Part shown: piece after piece, positions 40,856-53,367 of the stretch
How the letters are laid out: each line of letters begins with the position of its first letter
How positions within the stretch are numbered: position 1 is the first letter of the stretch
NCBI GenBank assembly: GCA_002189035.1
Contig: NEEC01000010.1
Coordinates: 558,001-622,000, forward strand
Direction: 5' to 3'
Length of the DNA: 64,000 nucleotides
Source: Utricularia gibba
Lineage: Eukaryota > Plantae > Magnoliophyta
Notes under the pieces: generated by a model
What the model was told of the DNA's origin: nothing
Databases searched by the model: none
Seen by the model: the letters and a program-made list of their open reading frames with translations, nothing else
Made by a program: the position numbers and the translations under genes

Positions 40856-41549
40856 AGCAGTTTTTGTTGTGTTAGTCACCGTGGTATTTTGTGATGAAGG
40901 GTGGAATTGGATGATCGTATTTTTCCTGAAAAAGGAAAACGAATTGGCGGTGTAGGGAGCACCTAATTCTGGTGGTAGCGTGGGACAATAATGGGATGCG
41001 TCGTTTAATACGCCTCAAGTCAATTAGTGGGTAGGCTCAGGCTCAGGCCGTGCCGCCACTCGACTCGCCCAACCCCAGGCAGGTTCAGTGTAGAATGGCA
41101 CGTGCGGACTGGACTCCTCCCCCTACAACCAACAAGAACCTGACGCAGTGTAGAATCCTGCTTTGGTAGTTTGGTTAAATACAAGGAACTTTCATAGTGT
41201 TGCCAATGGGTTCCCAACGGTGGGCTTTCAGTTCTAAACTGTTCAATTTAATTGAACTCATAAACCAAGGTTCGATGTCCAATTTGATTCCGATTTTGAT
41301 TTGAAATCGAAACCAAAAAAGTTGAACTAAAATGAACGGTTTTGGGCTTTCTTATTAATAATGAAATGAGAAAAAAATATTTATGAATTACTGTAATTTT
41401 TATTTTTTATATGCATACTCTTTGTAATTATCGAAAATTATTTAGGTTTGAATATTATTTAAAATATAATTAAATGTTACAGTATATATTCATATTATTT
41501 TATTGAGTGACATATTTTTATTACTTCAAACACTCAAATTAGATTAGAT

Positions 41550-41652
41550 GTTGTACGTGCTTGTAAACGTTTTTCTCCAAATACCCATAATAGTTCATAC
41601 TTATAATGTTATAATTAGTTCTATAGAGAAAACGTTTATAAGTACCTACAAC
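41550..41652. repeat. Inverted repeat / hairpin (about 27-bp arms, about 48-nt spacer)
   Basis: GTTGTACGTGCTTGTAAACGTTTTTCTC ... GAGAAAACGTTTATAAGTACCTACAAC. Confidence 0.75.
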
Positions 41653-44600
41653 ACTTCATCTCGGTGTAAAGAGTAAGTATTTTCAACATCCACAACAGAT
41701 TTTGTGGTGCCTAATGAAAATTTATCTAATTAATTACTTAATTAGGTTGAAAATCATTTTCTAATAATTTAAAATACCGAATTACTTTATGGGTTCACTT
41801 AATTATAACCAATTCTCCATTTTTAAAATTTCTCTATTTAATTATTTTATGGATTACCTAACCAAAATTTCTCTATTTAATTAGTTAATTACTTTATGAT
41901 TCATTTAATTATTATCATTTCCTAGACCCACGAACTGAATACGTGTCTACCCACGAGGCTGATGGTTACAATAACCTTAATTACGTAATCGAAATTTATC
42001 CTTTTACCAATTTCTGAATTTGAAAAAAGGCAAGTGATTAATTCTCTCATGCTTCCAAAATTTGGCAAAAACAGAGTAAGTGCTAAATTCTTGAGTTTTT
42101 TCTACTGAATTGTCTTTCAAATTGAATTGAATTCTGAGTTACTTTTTATATTAAATTACAACAAAGAGTAGTATTACTTTTTGAACTGAATATATCTACA
42201 TCAATATTATTTTTTAATATATCAATTTATATTTTTCTATTTTTTATTAATAAATTTTTTTATGTATATTTTTAATTTTATATATTTATATTTATAACAT
42301 TCCTATAATATATGATTATAATACATAGTTTTGAGTGCTTCATAATAGAGAAATGATTATTATTATGCTACAAAAATTTAAATTTTATCACTTATTTTTG
42401 TGTTTTTGTGATTAGTGACAGTGTTTGCGTCTTTTACTCTTAATTAAGACTAAATCTATGATTTAGTCCCAATCTTAATTCTAATTGTTTCCTTGAACAA
42501 TACAGCATATGTCAGCAACCTCAATCTCAAGGAGCTGACAGAGAATAGTAAAGTTACACACTTGGAAAAAGCTAAATGAAGTACACTATATCCCAAGGTA
42601 AAAAAAAGGATTTTTGGAATGATGAGAAAGATAAAATATCTACACACTTGGAAGAACACATCACAAATTTATGAGAGGGAGATTGGGGAAAAAACTTACG
42701 GAAATAATGAAGAAGACAAACTCGGAACCAAGCCCTCTTTTGAAGATTTCCTTTGCTTATGAAGATATTACTTCTAGTTGAGAATAGTTTAAGCTTTTCC
42801 GCATGAACTATTTACAGTTTATGTTTTTGCTATGTGTGAGGGTTCAAGCTTTAAGAACATTGCTCTTTAGTTTTAATTTGTTCTACCTCATACTAACCAA
42901 GCTAATCAAAAGTATTTAAGTGATCACGTATCATACTTTGATAGCAACGCCAAGGCTGAATGATTATGAGAAGTGAGAAAAGGTAGATATAGAGACTCAG
43001 AATGTGTTTCAAGTTTTTTTATGAACTTTTTATATTCTTTTGATTTGACTTGTTTTAAAACTCAAAATTGTGACCACTCTTTTATTTATTTTAGGAGATG
43101 AAGAGAGCTAATAGAGGTCAAGTGATCAACTATGTTTTCCACAGACCTATGGATATGTGTACATAGTAGAATAGCTTATTTACTAGGTTTGTATGAGTAT
43201 AGTATATGTATATATAATATATATTATGTTTATCTATTTGTATAAGCTTACGAACTACGTTAGATAAAAACACTTCGACAGAGTCTTATGTCTAGTTTAC
43301 TTATATATTTACTCATTTTAATATTAATAAATAATATTATGAAAGACACCTTGAGTTTTAGTGTTTTAGTTAGGATTGGGTGGTCACGATTCATCTTTCT
43401 CATGCCCTAAAAATGGGTCATGACAAAGTGGTATCAGAGCAAAAAGGTTCAAGGCCCATTGGTTGATCACTATAGGATTAGGATAGGATAGGGAAGTGTG
43501 TTGTATACTTTGGTGTGTGAAGTGTTCTAACTTTTCTATATAAAATATCTAATTGATTCCACTATAGAAAGTTAAAATGAGAAGGAGAAAGATTGTAAGT
43601 AGAGGAAGGTCAATAAATGCAGGACCTTCTGTTGAACAAGAAGAAGAGCATGTGGAACCTAGAACGAAATCAAAACAATCGAATAGGCTGGCTGATGAAT
43701 TGATGAAGGAAATGATGCAAACTTTTACTACTGCAGTGACAAGTTTGACAAACATGTGTGCTAGTATGGTCCAAAATCAATTGACAAGGCAAGTGGAGTT
43801 TACAAGTTGGAAAAGAACTAGAAGATTACCATGAGATCCTTGAGAAAGTAGGAGTTCAGGTCTTCAAGGAGGGAACACCACAGAAAGCTGCAGCGGTGGC
43901 GGCGTGGCCTCAACCCGAAAGTGCAAAGGAGATTCGAAGTTTCTTGGGCATGGCAAGTTATTGTAGGAAGTTTATTGAAGGATTTTCAAGGATTGCAATA
44001 CCTCTTACAGATTTTAACAAAGAAATGGGTGAAATGTGTGTGGTTCGAGCTTTCAGCTATTGAAAAAAAAAGCTTACTATAGCACTAGTACTAACACTAC
44101 CTAAGATGAATGAGAATTTCATTATTTATAGTGATGCATTGAAAGATGGGCTTGGTTGTGTTTTGATGCAGCAAGAGAGAGTTCTAGCTTATGGCTCTAG
44201 GAAGTTGAAATCTCATGAAAAGAATTATCCTATTCATGATTTGGAACTAGCAGCTGTTGTGTTTGCATTAAAGTTATGGAAACACTATTTATACGAGGTG
44301 AAATGTGAAGTGTTTATTGATCATAAAAGCTTGAAATATTTGTCTACTTAAAAGGAATTGAACATGAGGCAAAGGAGGTGGCTTGAACTACTAAGGATTA
44401 TGATCTTAAAATCAAATACTATCCTCGAAAGATAAATCAGGCTGCTGATACTCTAAATAGGAAGAATCACGGGAGCATGGCTCCATTGTTAGCTAGTAGG
44501 TTGGCAAATCTTAGATTGAAGGTCATAGAGGACGATGAAGAGGTGCAATTGAATACATTACTAGCACTACCAGCATTATTAGAGGAAATTAAAGAAGCTT

Positions 44601-44826
44601 AGAATCAGCTTTAAGATATGCAAGTTGAAACAACAAGTGGAAGCAAGTGAAAGAAAGGAGAAACTTAGATGACAGCTGCTGGTAATTTAATGTTTGAAGA
44701 TAGGTTTGTAGTTCCTAATGAAGCTGAACTTAAGTAATAGATCTTAAGAGAAACTCATGGATCCACTTTATCAATATATTTAGGAGGCAACAAAATGTAC
44801 CACGACTTGAAAACATAGTGGTGGTG

Positions 44827-46145
44827 TGATGACATACATTTTTTTTAAATTTTATAATACAACATGGTTATGTTTTATTGTGGTTTAGGTTCGGTACATG
44901 TGGTTTTTCATGTTTTCTGTATCGTTTATGCTAATTTTGTGTGTTTATGTTGAAAAGTGGACTAAATCCTTTGATTTAGTCCACCACCTTCATTATTAAT
45001 GTTTAATTAAGTTCAGAGATTAGCAGCGAAATTAGACTCCAAGACATGTGGATCAAGTTAAAGGGACACAACATCCGAAGAGAGATAAAGAGCACTGTTC
45101 TGCCGCTTGCAGTCTGCAATCAGGTCGAGAATAGTGTTGGTGTCAATAATAGTGCATTGAAGTAAAGGAGGGGAGATATTTTTCGAAAAAGAGAGCGGGA
45201 GCTGGGAGAGAACGCACACAAGGGGGCTTCTGCTCCAGCATGAAGAACACTGATGAGAAGAGGAGAAGGAGGACTTAATCCTCAAGAACACCACCAGAGC
45301 TCAGTTCAACGCTATTGTTATGGACCGTGAATAGTAGCAAACGGGTTTCAGAACAATCTCTATTTCTTTTTCGTTTACTGAACGTTTTGAGTTTCTGTAT
45401 TTAACTTACAACGTTTCTATTATTTTCGCCACATTATATTCCTAAAACTTTAGGAATGCCTTAAGGTAAAGCATAGTGGTGTTGATCTAGAGTTAATAAT
45501 GAAATTTATATTTGTTTCTTAGTTCTTATTTTTATTATTCCATAGGTGCACCTAAAGAGGGGAACAAGTAACTTCGCAACTAAGATACTTGATTTAGAGA
45601 TAAACCAACAAGTCAAGGCGGGAACAATAGGTATTAGTTCAGGGTAAAACCAGTAGAATCGGGTACACCTAGTTCTATATACTTTGCATGCGAGTAGACT
45701 TAATTGTAATGTTGGTAATGATATTAGGGACTAGCTTAGCCAAAAATATGATAAATAACCTAGGTAGACTTAGGTTGTTTGAAGTTACGAGTATACGAAT
45801 ATGGTAAATTAAATTAGGTATCTTAGCACCACACCTTGCAGACCCTTAAGGCATCTTCGCATTACTCTGTATTAAAACTAGTGTATGTTATTTTCAGCAT
45901 TGAGACTTGATCCTATTTATTGAATTTACCTACCACTGTTAGTTTGAGCTTAGACTATAAACCACTGTTACACCGAATTTTGCATCACGAAAAACACATT
46001 GCAAGCACAAACTTCTTGTGATCGACCCCAAATTCCACTTTATATTTTGTGTTTAATTTGTATCTTATAAAGATTAGGGGTTATAAATTTATTTGATACG
46101 AAGATTTTTATTTTTGCAATGACATTAGGAAATTTCCGTTTATCA
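44827..46145 (+). mobile_element. Solo LTR (A2) in the Tekay integrase
   Basis: TGATGACATAC...TTTCCGTTTATCA, TSD TGGTG (44822-44826 and 46146-46150). Confidence 0.9.
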
Positions 46146-46882
46146 TGGTGACTAGAGGTGGGTTTAGTTTCGAACCGTATGGTTTCGGTTCGCTGTGGTC
46201 AACGGTTCCGGTTTCGGTTAAGAACCATATCCCAAAATCTTGAATCGAACCAGAACCGGAACCGAGATTCGCAAACCGAACTGTAACCGAAACCGATCGG
46301 TTACTGTTTGTAGTTGTTTTCCAAGCACCCATATGAATCATTGTGTATGTATGGCAGTGAAATTTTTAATAATTATCAATTTTATCATATTTGGATATTA
46401 TCAAACAATATATTTAACAATATTAATTTTTATATTTAACTAGATATACTATTTAATATACTATATTAATTTATAAAAGACTTTAATTTAAATTACTTGA
46501 TAAAATATCCTAATAAAGTATAATTAAAATCAATATAATTTGTGACTTAAATAAATGAAATAATTGATTAAATTATTAGCATTTGAATATGCATTTGATA
46601 AAATTAAATTTTTTGAAACAAATACAATAAGATTACAAATCATATAAAATGAATAGAGTTATTATTTATATATTTATTTTTTAAAATAAAGATGTTCATA
46701 TAATTGTTTTATATAATCTCTTATAAGTATTGTGTATTTTTCAAATTAAACTAATAATATCATCTATTTCATAAAGTTTTTCCAAACTTCATATATTTTG
46801 AAAACAAAAAATAAGAATGATTAAATAGATTATATTTTCAAAATTAATATCACATATTTCACATCTCTTTTACGGAACAGTT

Positions 46883-47112
46883 TCTAGACACCTTTAATAA
46901 TCGTTAAGGGTGTCTAGACTTCAGAGAAGATCCCAGACACTCTTAATAATGGATCAGAGTGCCTGGACAACCACTAACCACAATTCTAATTCTAAAGTAC
47001 ACGATACCTTCATTAAGGGTGTCTAGACTCCAGAGAAGATCCCAGACACCCTAAATAATGGATCAGTGTGCCTGGATGAACTTTAACGACAACTCTAATT
47101 CTAAAGTACACA
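46883..47112. repeat. 109-bp tandem duplication with alternating-orientation (T/C)C(T/C)AGACACC motifs and a hairpin
   Basis: Units start TTAAGGGTGTCTAGACT at 46904 and 47013. Inverted pair TCTAGACACC / GGTGTCTAGA at 46883-46919. Confidence 0.85.
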
Positions 47113-47568
47113 CTGTCGAGGTATTAGAGGCACCCTTAGAAATCATTATACGTGCCTCCAAAATTAATTTAACGAATTTAATACTAACAACAATATAATT
47201 GTCTTTTAGAAAAAAGAGTCAACAACAAAAGTATTCCAATTATAACATAAGTGTTCAAAAGAATTAATATTAGAGGCTCCCTCTAGCAATCTTGTAAGCA
47301 TGCATAATACTCCCATAAGGCTATCCTATTCAGTTCTCGTTAACATACTTTGGAACATCATGAGCATACCGTAACCCTTCAAGGAAAGTCCGTATCTCAC
47401 CATCAACATTTAGTGATGCATCATCCCTATTAGTATGCGAATAAAGACTTGGAAAAACGGCATTATTTTCCTAAAAAATTAAGGGTTAGTTTTGATGTAT
47501 AACCAAGTGTATGCTAGAGTAGAATAGCAAAAATAACTTATCGGATTTTTCATTGACTTGTGAGGCGA

Positions 47569-48682
47569 TGATAAACGAAAAATTATGCAATGTCGTTAAA
47601 TGCAAATTTTCCTATCAAGTAAATTTATAACCTAACCCACATTCAAGCATAAAACAATTATGAGCATAGTGATTAGGGTCGAACATGAAGAGCAGGTACT
47701 TGTCAAGTGATTAGCCAAAGCATGAAATCAGTGTCAAGTGGTAAAATTGGTCTTAACTAGGACTAAGTCAGGACTACAACCAAATATAGTAAAGAAAAGT
47801 AACAAGTTTGGATTCGGTAGTTTCTGGAATGGAATGGGTGATGCCTTGGGACTCCTAGGGGATGTATGCATATCACTAAACAAGCTCACATAAATAAAAA
47901 ATCATTCAACTAACTCACAAGATCTAGGTCTACCCGAATTCTTGTTTTTCCCCCTAATCTTTGGTCTACCTCTAATTAGGGTTGTTAGTTGGGTTTCACT
48001 ACCTCCCCCTCCTGGATCTATTCTGGTTTGTTAAGGAAGTAGTGTGACTTATGATTTATTAGGTCTAAGGATAGATTAGCATATTTCTCCCCTTCTCACC
48101 CCAAGGCATCCCCTCTAAGTGCTTATCTAATCATGGTAATGGAAAGTAAAACATCTTCATAGTAGATACTAAGCAACATCTTGGCTACAAATGCTTAACA
48201 ACAACGAGCAATATGAAGCAAAAGTAGGACAAACACTTCATTCACACAGGAAATCCAAATCTAGTCTTCACTAGGAATAGTAAACATGAAGAACGAAAAT
48301 AATTTCTCAAGAGAAGCTGTGTTCTTCTGGTTCGTCGTCCCCTCCTCCTTCTTCCTCCAGAAAAATCTCTAGAAATTTGTCTTGAGTCTCCAAAGGGAGA
48401 TCTACTTTTCTCTCCACCTTTCCTCCCTTTTTGTCCAAAATCTTCCTTTTTCACCTCCTTGGACTTTGTGTGTACTCTTCTTCAGACTTCTATCACCTTT
48501 CCTGCCACCATACTGTTCATACTCGGCTCCTTGGGATTTGTGTTGCGACCCATGCTACATTGTTCGAAAGGAACTGTTAGAAGGTTGGGACTAAATCGTA
48601 GAAACAGTCAATTAAGCTTAATTTTTGTAGCATAAAATGAGTAAATTCCATGCATTGAGCCACTCAAAAATATGTGTTATCA
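47569..48682 (-). mobile_element. Solo LTR (family A) inserted in the HAD domain of the cargo gene
   Basis: TGATAAACG...GTGTTATCA, perfect TSD GGCGA, splits the DDSP|HK codons. Confidence 0.93.
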
Positions 48683-49559
48683 GGCGAATCATCAATCAAT
48701 AAAGTATTGTGATAGTCATATCTTGTGTTCAATCCATTGTTGACAGCCCATACACGACTCAATCCATAGTCATCGTTTGATCCCACACAAAAATGAGTTT
48801 ATCAAATAACGAAGGTGGAAAGACTCATTTAGTGATTGTTTGTAGCTGCTCTCTACAAAATAAATCAATTGCAAGAATTGGCACAATTCTAAATACCAAC
48901 AAAAAAAAAGATGCAACACACATACCTGCCACGGGATGATCATAAGGCTACATCAAAATTATCCAAACACCACCTAATAAAGTCATGGGCATACAGACAT
49001 AGAAAGAATGCATAAATTACAGCAAAAATTACCTATAATATCTCAAAATCTTGAATGCATATAACACAAAAAAATAAGTGCTGTCTTAGTACCTGATCGG
49101 CTATATATAATTTTATCCGGGGGAATTCGTGACCTTGATGGTCCAGCCCTATACACGATGTCTGCGAGCACACCATTGACATCCAAGATTATCAACTTTT
49201 GTTGAGGCTCAAAGGCACTCAAAAAGGGTCCGGTATATGTCCAACGGCTCTCATAATAATCCAACTTGTAGCGAAGCTCTTCATTCTCCTTTGCTATAAA
49301 TTCAAGTCTCTCATCCACATTATTCAGTCCATGTGTAAGCTCGTCCCCTTCAACATCATTACCCTCTTGTGTCCTCTCATTCCTAAACAAGTCTTTATTC
49401 TTTTGGGAGACTCTATGATTCTTCAACACACCACACCAATAACGTTTTGTCCCCAGTGCATCCACAAATGATAATAAAATGTCAATAAACTCTTTTACAT
49501 ACTTGAGAAGAAGAGTATAAGATCTTGTACATCCCTATTGTGCAAGGTATTAAATCCTA

Positions 49560-50050
49560 CAATAAAAATATATTTATTAATAATAGATTCAACAAAAATA
49601 TTTAATAAAAATATTCAATATGAGTAATTTCAATAAGTTTAAACTCGATAGCAATAAATTCAAGAATAAAAATATTCAATAATACTAAACTCAATAAATA
49701 TATACTTAATAAGAAAAGATTAAAAAATATTCAATAATAATAAATTGAATAAAAATAGATAAAAAAAGTATTCAATAAGAATAGATTGAATAAAAATAAA
49801 TTCAAAAAAATATATCTTTCAAAAATATTGAATAAGAACAGATTAAAAAAAATTCAACAAACAAATTTAATTAGATTAGATTGAATAAAAGTAGATTTCG
49901 AAAAATATTCAATAAAACCTAGATTTAATATGATTAACTTCGCTAAAAATATTCAATAAAACTATTCAATAACAATTGATTTAATAAGAGTAGATTAAAA
50001 AAAACACTCAATCATAATACATTCAATACAAAAATTCAATAAAAATATGG
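49560..50050. repeat. Degenerate intronic array of about 15-bp AAAAATATTCAATAA / AGATTGAATAAAA units
   Basis: Dozens of imperfect copies of ATTCAATAA and AGATT...AATAA fill the large intron of the cargo gene. Confidence 0.75.
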
Positions 50051-51013
50051 AATATTTTGATTCATATTTCTTCTAGCAATAAAATAAAAGATTTACCTTT
50101 CGCCTTACCTACTTCACTCGAATTAGGATACATTTGAGGAAATTTGGTTTTCATTGAAGGACGTATCCAAACAAAACTTGTCCACCATTCCTCAAATCTT
50201 CTTCTCACATCGTTCACTAGCACCAACCCTTTTTTCCCCTTTAGGGTGAAGTGGTTCTTGTTTAGAGTCCTAGAGCATACACTCACATCAAAAAAATAAC
50301 GAAGTTCCACTTCAAGAGATAACTACTCACAAATACTCACAAATGTCAACACATATGAGATAAATCTTGGAATCAAATGAGATTAAGGAATCTCTAAACA
50401 TTCTAATATTTCCTCTAAAAAAGGCAATAATGGTAAATGCAAATCGCAACGAAAATGCTCCATGTTTAAAACAAATCCCATTGGACCCACACGGTTTGGA
50501 ATTTCACTCTCAATCAACTCATCCGGTTCTTTGTCCCAAATCTCATATTCATTCGATATCAAGAATCTAGTTCTCAATTTTTCAGAAGTGTGCATTTAAA
50601 ACACCTATAGGTATTGTATAAAAAATCAAACTACAATAATTGGACAAGGTATTTCAATTTGGAACATAGATCAGTAACCCATGGTTGAAAATAAATCACT
50701 TACCTTGTGTGGGTTTTTAGGAAGAGTGGATGAGACCATTTCCAAGCACCCACATTTACTCATATGGGTGTCTGGGTAGGGGTGTTTGAGACAGTTTTCC
50801 AGACATTCACTTCCATCGTGTGGGCGCCTCGGAAGGATGTCTGCAAGTATACAACCATATTCCAGGCACCCACATTTGCTCATATGAATGTTTGGTAAGG
50901 ATATATCCAAAGGTTTCGGTAAGTGCCCAGATCATATAATTTTAGTGAAAGACATGAATACAACATTTTATTACAAAGTAATAATACTTCATGGAGCACA
51001 CAATGTTTCCAAA

Positions 51014-52410
51014 TTAGGAGTCTTCAACTTCATCTTCACTTGAACTGGAGGATAATGTTTGATTTATTTTCAATGCATCCAGCCAATCCTTTAGACAAAT
51101 GCATGCCTTCAGGGTCTCTATGTTCAACTTGGACCGCTTGTGATTAAGAACTCTTCTCCCTGCTGAAAGCGCACTTTCGGATGCCACTGTAGATGCTGAA
51201 GGTGTTAGAAGATCTTTGTCCATTCTATCCAAAATAGGGTAAGTAGTAGAATTTGTCTTCCATCAACCCAATATATCAAAGTTGTCATCATCAACACCCT
51301 CAACAATAAGAATATTATTGTAAAGTGTAATTTGATCAACAGAATTTAATGAATATGATGAAGAGGATGACACAAATGAGCTATATTGTTATTTTCTACG
51401 AATAATGTCCATTGGATTGCGACTGCCAAACATTGAATGATTACATGTTTTAGGAATAGGAAAACTAAGATCACTATATTTAGAAGCATACAGGGAATAC
51501 ATGACATGTAGAACATTGTTAGCATCAACATCTATTTCATCACAATTTTTAATGGAAAAAACAATATCATCTACACTAAATGACTCTGAAATGCATTCAA
51601 GTAATGTTTTCACCCCTCTAGACTTAACGCGGGGATCTAAAATAAGTGCAATAAGAAACATATTTCAAAAACTTTGATGATCATAAAAAGAAAACGAAAT
51701 TTTACAAATACATGAAAGCACAAGTTGAGAAGTGGATAATAAATACCACTCAAAATCTTAGTACAAGAATAAAATGTTTCTAATAAATTTACTAAATCTC
51801 TTATTTTTTTCAAAAATATAATGAGCTAAGAAATTGAAACCCGTAAAAGATTCAAAAAATTCAATAAGAACATTTTTCATAAGGAATCAAAAATTGTAAC
51901 ATGTCATATGAAGAATTCCATTTAATTGGACAATCACTTTTAAATTTTCGATAAAAAATATTCCTTTCTTGACAAACTCTTTTAAAATTATCTCTTTTAT
52001 TAGGTGTAGTTCTAATCATACTAACTAAATCACGAATAGGAGTTAAAAAAACTTCACACTTTTTCAAACCATTTAAAACACACAAATTTAAGATATGACA
52101 CCTTGTGTGGAAGAAAATTGTATTTAACATAGGATTTATGCTACTTTTCAAAATGTCGATAGCATTTTTATTTGCAGATGCATTATCCAAAGAAATAGAA
52201 AAAATCCTATCAGATATTCCAGAAAATGCTGTGAACTTTTCAATGATTTTAGCGATAGAAAAACCATTATGTGGTGATGGTTATTCTTGAAAAGCTAAAA
52301 TTCGTTTTTATATACATCACGAATTATCTACCCAAGAACATGTAATAACAATATAACTCTCATTGTTACAACATTTCCAACCATCACAAGTCAAACAAAA
52401 ATTACATTTT
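51014..52410 (-). pseudogene. hAT transposase pseudogene (5' BED region lost)
   Basis: LTCDGW, SLDNASAN, FHTRCHILNL, DCPIKWNSSYDML, ILDPRVK, and dimerisation domain SASTVASESALSAGRRVL...CLKDWL. Frameshifts and stops present. Confidence 0.93.
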
Positions 52411-53367
52411 TGATAAACGAAAAATTACGCAATGTCGTTAAATTGCAACATTTCCAATCTTCAAGCATAAAATAATTATGAGCATAGTGATTAGGGTCGA
52501 ACACGAAGAGCAGGTGCTTGCTATATGAGTGTGAATGCATGTAATCAGTGTCACGTTGGTAAAATTGGTCTTAGCTAGGAATAAAACAGATCTATGATGG
52601 AATGCAGTAAGGAAAAGATAACAAGTTTGGATTCGATAGTTTCTGGAATGGAATGAGTGATGCCTTGGGACTCCTCGGGGATGTATGCCTATCACTAAAC
52701 AGACTTACATAAATCAAAAATCATACAACTAACTTACAAGATCTATGTCTACCCGGATTCTTGTTTTTCTCCCTAATCTTTGGTCTACCTCTAATTAGAG
52801 TTGTTAGTTGGGTTTCACTACCTCCCCCTCCTGCATCTATCCTGGTTTGCTAAGGAAGTAGTATAACTTATGATTTATTAGGTCTAAGGATGGATTAGCA
52901 TATTTCTCCCTTTTCACCCCAAGGCACCCCCTAAGTGCTTAGCTACTCATGGTAATGAAAAGTAAAACATCTTCATAGCAGATACTAAGCAACATCTTGG
53001 CTACAAATGCTAAACAACAACGAGCAATATGAAGCAAAAGTAGGACAAACACTTCGTTCACACAGGAAATCCAAATCTAGTCTTAGCTAGGAACAGTAAA
53101 CATGAAGAACGAAAATAATTTCTCAAGAGAAGTTGTGTTCTTCTGGTTCGTCGTCCCTTCTTCTTCCTCCAAAAAAATCTACAGAAACTTGTCTTGAGTC
53201 TCTAAAGGGAGATCTGCCTTCTCTCTCATCTTTCCTCCCATTTTGTCCAAAATCTCCTTTTTCCTCCTTGGATTTTGTGTGTACCACTTTTCAGACATTT
53301 GGACTCATCTTCTGCCACTACACTGTTATTCGGTTCCTTGGAATTCGTATTGCGACCTGCACTGCAC
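52411..53367 (-). mobile_element. Truncated family-A LTR with adjacent deletion of the transposase 5' part
   Basis: Starts TGATAAACGAAAAATTACGC. Matches 58570-59520 up to GACCTGCACTGCA, then similarity stops. No second TSD. Confidence 0.85.

Larger units (their letters stand above)
47270..50595 (-). pseudogene. hAT-borne spliced gene: Transposase_28-like N-terminus, coiled coil, FCP1/NLI-IF-like HAD domain
   Basis: Exon ~50607-50098: FVLNMEHFRCDLHLPLLPFLEEILECLEIP*SHLIP...FVSICE...EEWWTSFVWI. Exon ~49556-49093: KLIILDVNGVLADIV. Exon ~49005-48926: YAHDFIRWCLDNFDVAL*SSR. Exon 48852-48683 plus 47563-47542: KLIFVWDQ...YHNTLLIDDSP|HKSMKNP. Exon 47470-47270: NNAVFP...GEIRTFLEGL..AHDVPKYVNEN. Contains stops, mutated splice sites and an LTR insertion. 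Confidence 0.85.

Noticed and set aside
46883-47112. CRISPR-like repeat-spacer array
   Set aside because: Eukaryotic context and only two 109-bp units with no unique spacers.
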